A stretch of 63,650 nucleotides of DNA, the filler included, from Vannella sp. (Eukaryota), in the NCBI GenBank assembly GCA_023345925.1. It is 7 parts of 7 records of this genome, joined end to end, with 100 filler letters (N's around TTAATTAATTAA, not from the genome) between each part and the next. Parts side by side here need not be neighbours in the genome. Positions count along the whole stretch, not along the records: positions 58,911 to 63,650 come from JAJQQN010000720.1; 6 more parts are not named here. The stretch is one strand, 5' to 3'. Below are positions 58,957 through 63,650 of this stretch, in pieces; the first letter of the stretch is position 1, and every line of letters begins with the position of its first letter. The notes under the pieces were generated by a model that saw only the letters and a list, made by a program, of their open reading frames with translations, searched no databases and had not been told where the DNA came from. Both the position numbers and the translations under genes were made by a program.

Positions 58957-59480
58957 TCAGGTACCTTTTATCGAATGTTGCTTCTTTTTTGCGGAAAAGA
59001 AGCAGTTTTCGGACATTCGATCCTTGGAAGATAGAATTGGTTGTTCAGAGCCATCAAGAATATAAGCAACTCGGTCACTTGTCAATGGAATATCTTGGAT
59101 GGATGAATTAGATCTTGGAGTGACAAAAACGGAGAACCGATGGTTCAAAAACTCCTAGCTTTTCTTCATGTGTTCATGATGAAAGCTGCAGCAAATCTAG
59201 ATGTTGGCATTTGGCGGAGGTATGTCATGCCCTTTAATAGACTGCATTCCGCGGTGACTGGCCTTCGGAATCGGGTTTGCTGTTTGAATTCTCCAATGCA
59301 ATCGCCAAATTCAATCCGATGGAAACCTACGAGGGATCGAAAATCGTCATCTCCGAGATTCATCAAGTATTTGGTGGTTTCATCTAACTTTGATAGTAAC
59401 TCGCGACTTTATTCGCAACCTTCGCTACTCGTTTCACTTGAACCTCTCTACGCACCCTTTGAGAGCTGCGCCTGATTCGC
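58957..59480 (-). mobile_element. Decayed DDE_Tnp_4-type (IS5/PIF-Harbinger/ISL2EU) transposase, cut by the contig end
   Basis: DDDFRSLVGF...LLKGMTYLRQMPT (HTH_Tnp_4-like) and AYILDGSEQPI...FSAKKKQHSIK (first catalytic Asp and the SxKK.H motif) lie in different frames separated by stops. Confidence 0.7.
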
Positions 59481-60196
59481 TAAGTTTTCTTTGCATGATT
59501 GTAGCAGAAGTAGGACCACATGTTGTTAGTCCCACAGAAGGAGTTGTAGTGCTTACTCTCCGCATCCCAGATTGACAGTACTGGCGCACTACTTGGGGCT
59601 TGGAGATATATTGAGTTAGCTCTATCACCAGCGCAGTAGGACATCTCAGCAGGGGTAAGATCTCGAGTTGGACTCCCACCGTCGAGCAGGGTGACGTTGG
59701 GGCTTTGATCTGGTGGTACGTTTATTACAGGAGCCTCAGAGAGAGAGCTTTCAAAACCTTCTTCGAAGCGTCTCGATCCTCTCCAGGGTTGAAATGTTTC
59801 CCGCAGCAAAAGTGAGCTCCATAATACTCTCATTAGAGGATAGTGCTTCGGTGGACTTGTAGCACTGTCACAGAAGAAGCAGCGCTTACCCACCAGCTGC
59901 ATGGGTCGGAACTTAGGTTGCGCGGGGCGGGTGGTGGCTTCTGATTGGATCTCAGCTTCTGACAGTTGGTCGGTAGATTCTTCAGCCTCGAACGCCTCCC
60001 TGCTTCGCTTTGAGTTCTTTGCGGGAAGTCGGGAAGGTCCAGGATGGGAACGATGCCCCTCACAGGCAGGGCAAGTGCAGATGGGTTCAAGTCCAAACCT
60101 AATGCAAAAGGCAATAAGGCATCTTCCTGTGTGTGCTAGAAGTCCAACAAGCGGTACGTCCTCTTGACACATGGCGCACTTGGTGGTTATCGCCAT
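59480..60196 (-). CDS. Cys/His-rich hypothetical protein directly upstream of the decayed transposase
   Basis: CAMC...H...C, CTCPAC..H and CFFC clusters. Start, splicing and intactness are uncertain. Confidence 0.35.
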   Translation of the reverse strand: MAITTKCAMCQEDVPLVGLLAHTGRCLIAFCIRFGLEPICTCPACEGHRSHPGPSRLPAKNSKRSREAFEAEESTDQLSEAEIQSEATTRPAQPKFRPMQLVGKRCFFCDSATSPPKHYPLMRVLWSSLLLRETFQPWRGSRRFEEGFESSLSEAPVINVPPDQSPNVTLLDGGSPTRDLTPAEMSYCAGDRANSIYLQAPSSAPVLSIWDAESKHYNSFCGTNNMWSYFCYNHAKKT

Positions 60197-63158
60197 GAAG
60201 GATGCGAAAGAGGGCTCCATCACGAGGACAACAAAAAAAAAGAGATAAAACATTTTGCAATCTGATTATTAAAACTATAGATGATGTTGACAGTTGTATC
60301 TCATAAGAATTGAAAAGAGATGATGAAAAGTACTGGAATAAATTGGAGACGTTAGAATTTAGTTTGATGATAGGAAAAATATGAGATGATAAATGAAAAA
60401 ATGAATCCATCCGCAGAAGAGTCCTCCAACGGTAGACTTTCTAAACTTCGTGGTAGACCCTTGCTCGATTTGTAGGAGAGAATAGCCCAACACCAATAAA
60501 CAGAACGAAATACTGTTTATACTTCAAGGCAGGAATACATGCAGTTGTCACAATGATCTTTCAAGGCTCCTACAGAACATCGATTTTTTATTCGGTCGAA
60601 CTGCGATGGATTCTCCTGATTTCTTCGCTGAGATGGAGGGAGACTTCGATTCAAGTGACGAGCTTTCTTCATGAAGAGTCGAATCGTCTTGCGCCTCCTG
60701 TTCGAATGGCTCTAGCTGTCGAATTCCTCGAGGAAGAGGAGGAGCCTGCTTTACCTGTGGAGAAGAACCGGTCCCAGTTCCTCACCCACTATGACGTAGG
60801 AAGAATGTAGGCTCTAGGGAAGATAGATAAGACATCGTTCCTCCCATCCGATCTACTGCAGAGGAAAGCAGGCGCAGACGTGACCGTTGCAAAGTATCCT
60901 GACATTGAAATCATGACAGGAAACATAATATGTATCATAGGATGAAAAGAAATCAATATATAATCTATTGATTTCTTTTATTATAATCTAGCAATCAAAG
61001 CAATTACCCGCAACAAAGATGCTGGGGGATTGCGCTTGGTAATGGAAAAGGTTCACAACTTTTCAGTGCCCTCTGAAGGGCATTGCGAACCCCCGCCCTT
61101 CGTCTACTAAGCAAGAGGAGGTTCGCGATTCTCTCACCTCTATTGTGTGGATCTCCGAAACTCTTTCGGAAGAGTACGAGGGTAGTAAGTCCTACGACGA
61201 CCGCCTAGAAGACTACAAGACCAGCCTAGGGTCGCGACCAGAAGATCCCCAAGTCGACGAGCAGGACACCGTGACAAGTCTCCTGATCTGTCACAGGAGC
61301 CCTCTGTCCACCCGTCGTTTCAGAGGAAACGATCTATTCAGGATCCCTATCTACTGGAGTAGAAGCTCTTCACCAAGCTACTGTCGCCTCCCTGGCGGCT
61401 CAACACCAAGCAACCTTGTCCGCCCTCAGCGCTCAGCATACCGCTCAGCTTTCGGTTGTAGAGAGGATAAACACCTCCCTTACAACTTCCTCCTCGGGAT
61501 CAGGCCCCAAGAGGAGCGCAAAAGGTGCGCAAATCTCTCCACAGAGCAAGAAGCCCAAGAAAAAGTAGCCCTCAAGCAACGAAATGGTCTGATAAAGGGA
61601 TTTGACTTATGATTATCACATCTTTTTTGTAATCCGCTGTTGCCGACTTTTTGTCTACTGAGCCAGGTACGCACTATTCTTTGGAGTCTTAAAGAAGTTG
61701 AGTGATTAATTAAACGATGGAAAGGTCTTCTAATACCTTAGACGCGTGTTTGCAATTTTAGCTGGGAAGTTGAGGAAAAGTGCAGGACACTCTGAATGGA
61801 AGTCCCCATCTCTCGCATTAGTCAACCAACCACTCTCAAGGTTTCAAAGTCGTTCACTGTAACTGTAAGTATTTCGTATTTAGTTTGGAGATATAACCCA
61901 AAAAGGACGGAGAACCCAATGATGGTCATACCAATTCAAATTTATATGCCAAATCGAGATGGTGGGATCGGCGTGGTGGGATTCGCGTCAAAATCTGGTG
62001 GGATTCGCGTATTTCGCAATGGGAAGGCCAAAGCAATAAAACATCTCCTGAGAGCGACAGGTTCAAGACACAGACCCTCACTGACTTTTTTATTTGGAAG
62101 TGGACAAACTGACAGGAGTTCATTGAACCGATCGCTGGCTTGTATTCGAGAGTTCACGGCCCAGTAAACCACGTCAGTAGTAGGGAAAGCTCACTTCTAA
62201 ATCAAGTGTTGTCAATTCACCTCCAGTGAGTTTTTGGATTTCAGGTACTTCTATTGCTGAATGAATCTCGAAATCTAGGTAAAAAACTAAGTATGGATTT
62301 CGGTCCCACTTTAATTTGTTCTTTTGGGAATCCTTGAAACATTTGATTGTAGAGTCACGGTTAACTTGGTTTGCTTTAATGAGGCGATGAATGGCCATTT
62401 TACATGCCAAGACTGCGGGGAGACTGCGGAGTTCACTTCTTCGAGCTTTTTATGATGAGACCAAAAATAGAACCCTCCAAATTAGGGATGACATTCGAAG
62501 AAGTGAACTCCGCAGTCTTCACCCCACCCGAGATTAGGCTGTCAATAATCGGATTCACAATCATGCAATCTTCGCAATCACAATTCAAATCGTATCCACT
62601 GCAATAGGTCCTCCTGATTGGTCAGTTCTCGGCCCCAAATCATTTTAAAGGAAGAAGTAACTTGGGAAGCGACAGTTGGACCTCCTTGCAGTTCACTCTT
62701 CAGCTGATCCCTGATGAGCGGTGGCCCCGCCCAGATCAAATGTTGACATGGACGTGTACTCCTTCTTGCGTAATGGAACAAGGGTGTCCTACTGTCACTC
62801 TGGGGGGCAGAGAACTTCTGCCTTCATTAGATTCGTCTCTTTGGTCACGACCGGACAGCCGACAACTTCAAGACTCGACTCTTTGGCACCGCCCAGTTTT
62901 GCGACTCCTGATGCCTCCTGAAACTCACGCTCTCAGCTCAATGAGCGGGTCAGACCATCTCTCAACTTCCATCCCCACGCCCCAAGCTTGAACTTGAATG
63001 CCCGATTCGTAGCATCAAGCAGTTCAGCAACAGTTGCACCAGTCTCAGTGGTTGCAGACCCCCAAAGAGCAAGGTGCTCTCTTTTGTCGCACAACCCAAG
63101 TCCCCAAGAGCCATCTGAGACATGGTTAGCACCATTTTCTCAAGAAATGAGGAAACTC

Positions 63159-63638
63159 CATTCCTTATTCTCAGTTTGAGAATAAGGAATGACACTTACC
63201 AGACTGACTCTTCTTACGACGCTTCAGAGGCCGTGTCTTCTCCGTGGGTACAACAAATAATGACATTTATTCGAACCAAAATTTTCATATTTCACGAAAA
63301 AATTTAGTAAAATATGAAAATTTTCTTACTATTTTCGTTTCCCCAAAGATGAGCTTTTGAGCCGATTTTCTATCTCTCGTCGTTGAATCTTTGGAAAAGA
63401 TCCGACGACACTTTGATTTTCTTAAGAAACCATCGGAACTGCAAAGTGTCATTCCTTAATAAGGAATGACATTTCACGAAAATCGTCAAAAATCGCCTTT
63501 TCCCGGTCTGAAATTCCTTAATCTCAAACTCAGTTTGAGATTAAGGAATTCATGAAACGTAAAGAATTTCGCTTCGGTTTTTACCACCTAATCGAAGCGG
63601 GATTTCCTTATTCTCAAACTCAGTATGAGAATAAGGAA
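63159..63638. repeat. Array of related palindromes TTCCTTA-(n)-TAAGGAA
   Basis: Copies at 63159-63191, 63447-63471, 63512-63550 and 63604-63638. Confidence 0.9.
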
Positions 63639-63650
63639 CGGTTTTCGATG

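Noticed and set aside
61690..62410. Possible tyrosine recombinase relic on the minus strand (FPLRN, MGTS words)
   Set aside because: No HxLR motif or catalytic Tyr; too weak to call.
63159..63638. CRISPR array interpretation of the palindromic repeats
   Set aside because: Repeat lengths (25-39 nt) and spacings (about 255, 40 and 53 nt) are irregular, the context is eukaryotic and no cas genes are present.

Overview
Gene-dense eukaryotic (protist, probably amoebozoan-like) genomic DNA with about 50% GC and 40-60 nt GT-AG introns. The window is seven unrelated contigs (1-16558, 16659-26069, 26170-36821, 36922-43648, 43749-52889, 52990-58810, 58911-63650) joined by artificial 100-nt N-TTAATTAATTAA-N spacers, so adjacency across spacers means nothing. 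Most of it is housekeeping genes: dual-specificity phosphatase, 3-hydroxybutyrate dehydrogenase, ABP34-like actin bundler, LOG, lipase, CHD remodeler, SCYL2, Yos1, Ras, COX10, mitochondrial MDH, TRABD, ODR4-like, HPS3-like, condensin H, and one tRNA-Ala(AGC). Accessory content includes three Crinkler-type NTPase(+REase) genes, an apparently intact Sola2-like DDD transposase, a decayed IS5/PIF/ISL2EU-type transposase and a GPS-motif surface protein. The best candidate for an undescribed system is at about 13.3-16.4 kb. A ~380-nt run of abutting helices (G-U pairs favour the minus strand) lies downstream of the co-oriented Sola-like transposase and upstream of a co-oriented NTPase-REase gene, and is flanked by two blocks sharing seven short motifs. 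A second oddity is a hairpin array with a repeated TTCCTTA...TAAGGAA palindrome at 63.1-63.64 kb. All calls are from motif reading by eye; no database searches or folding programs were run.
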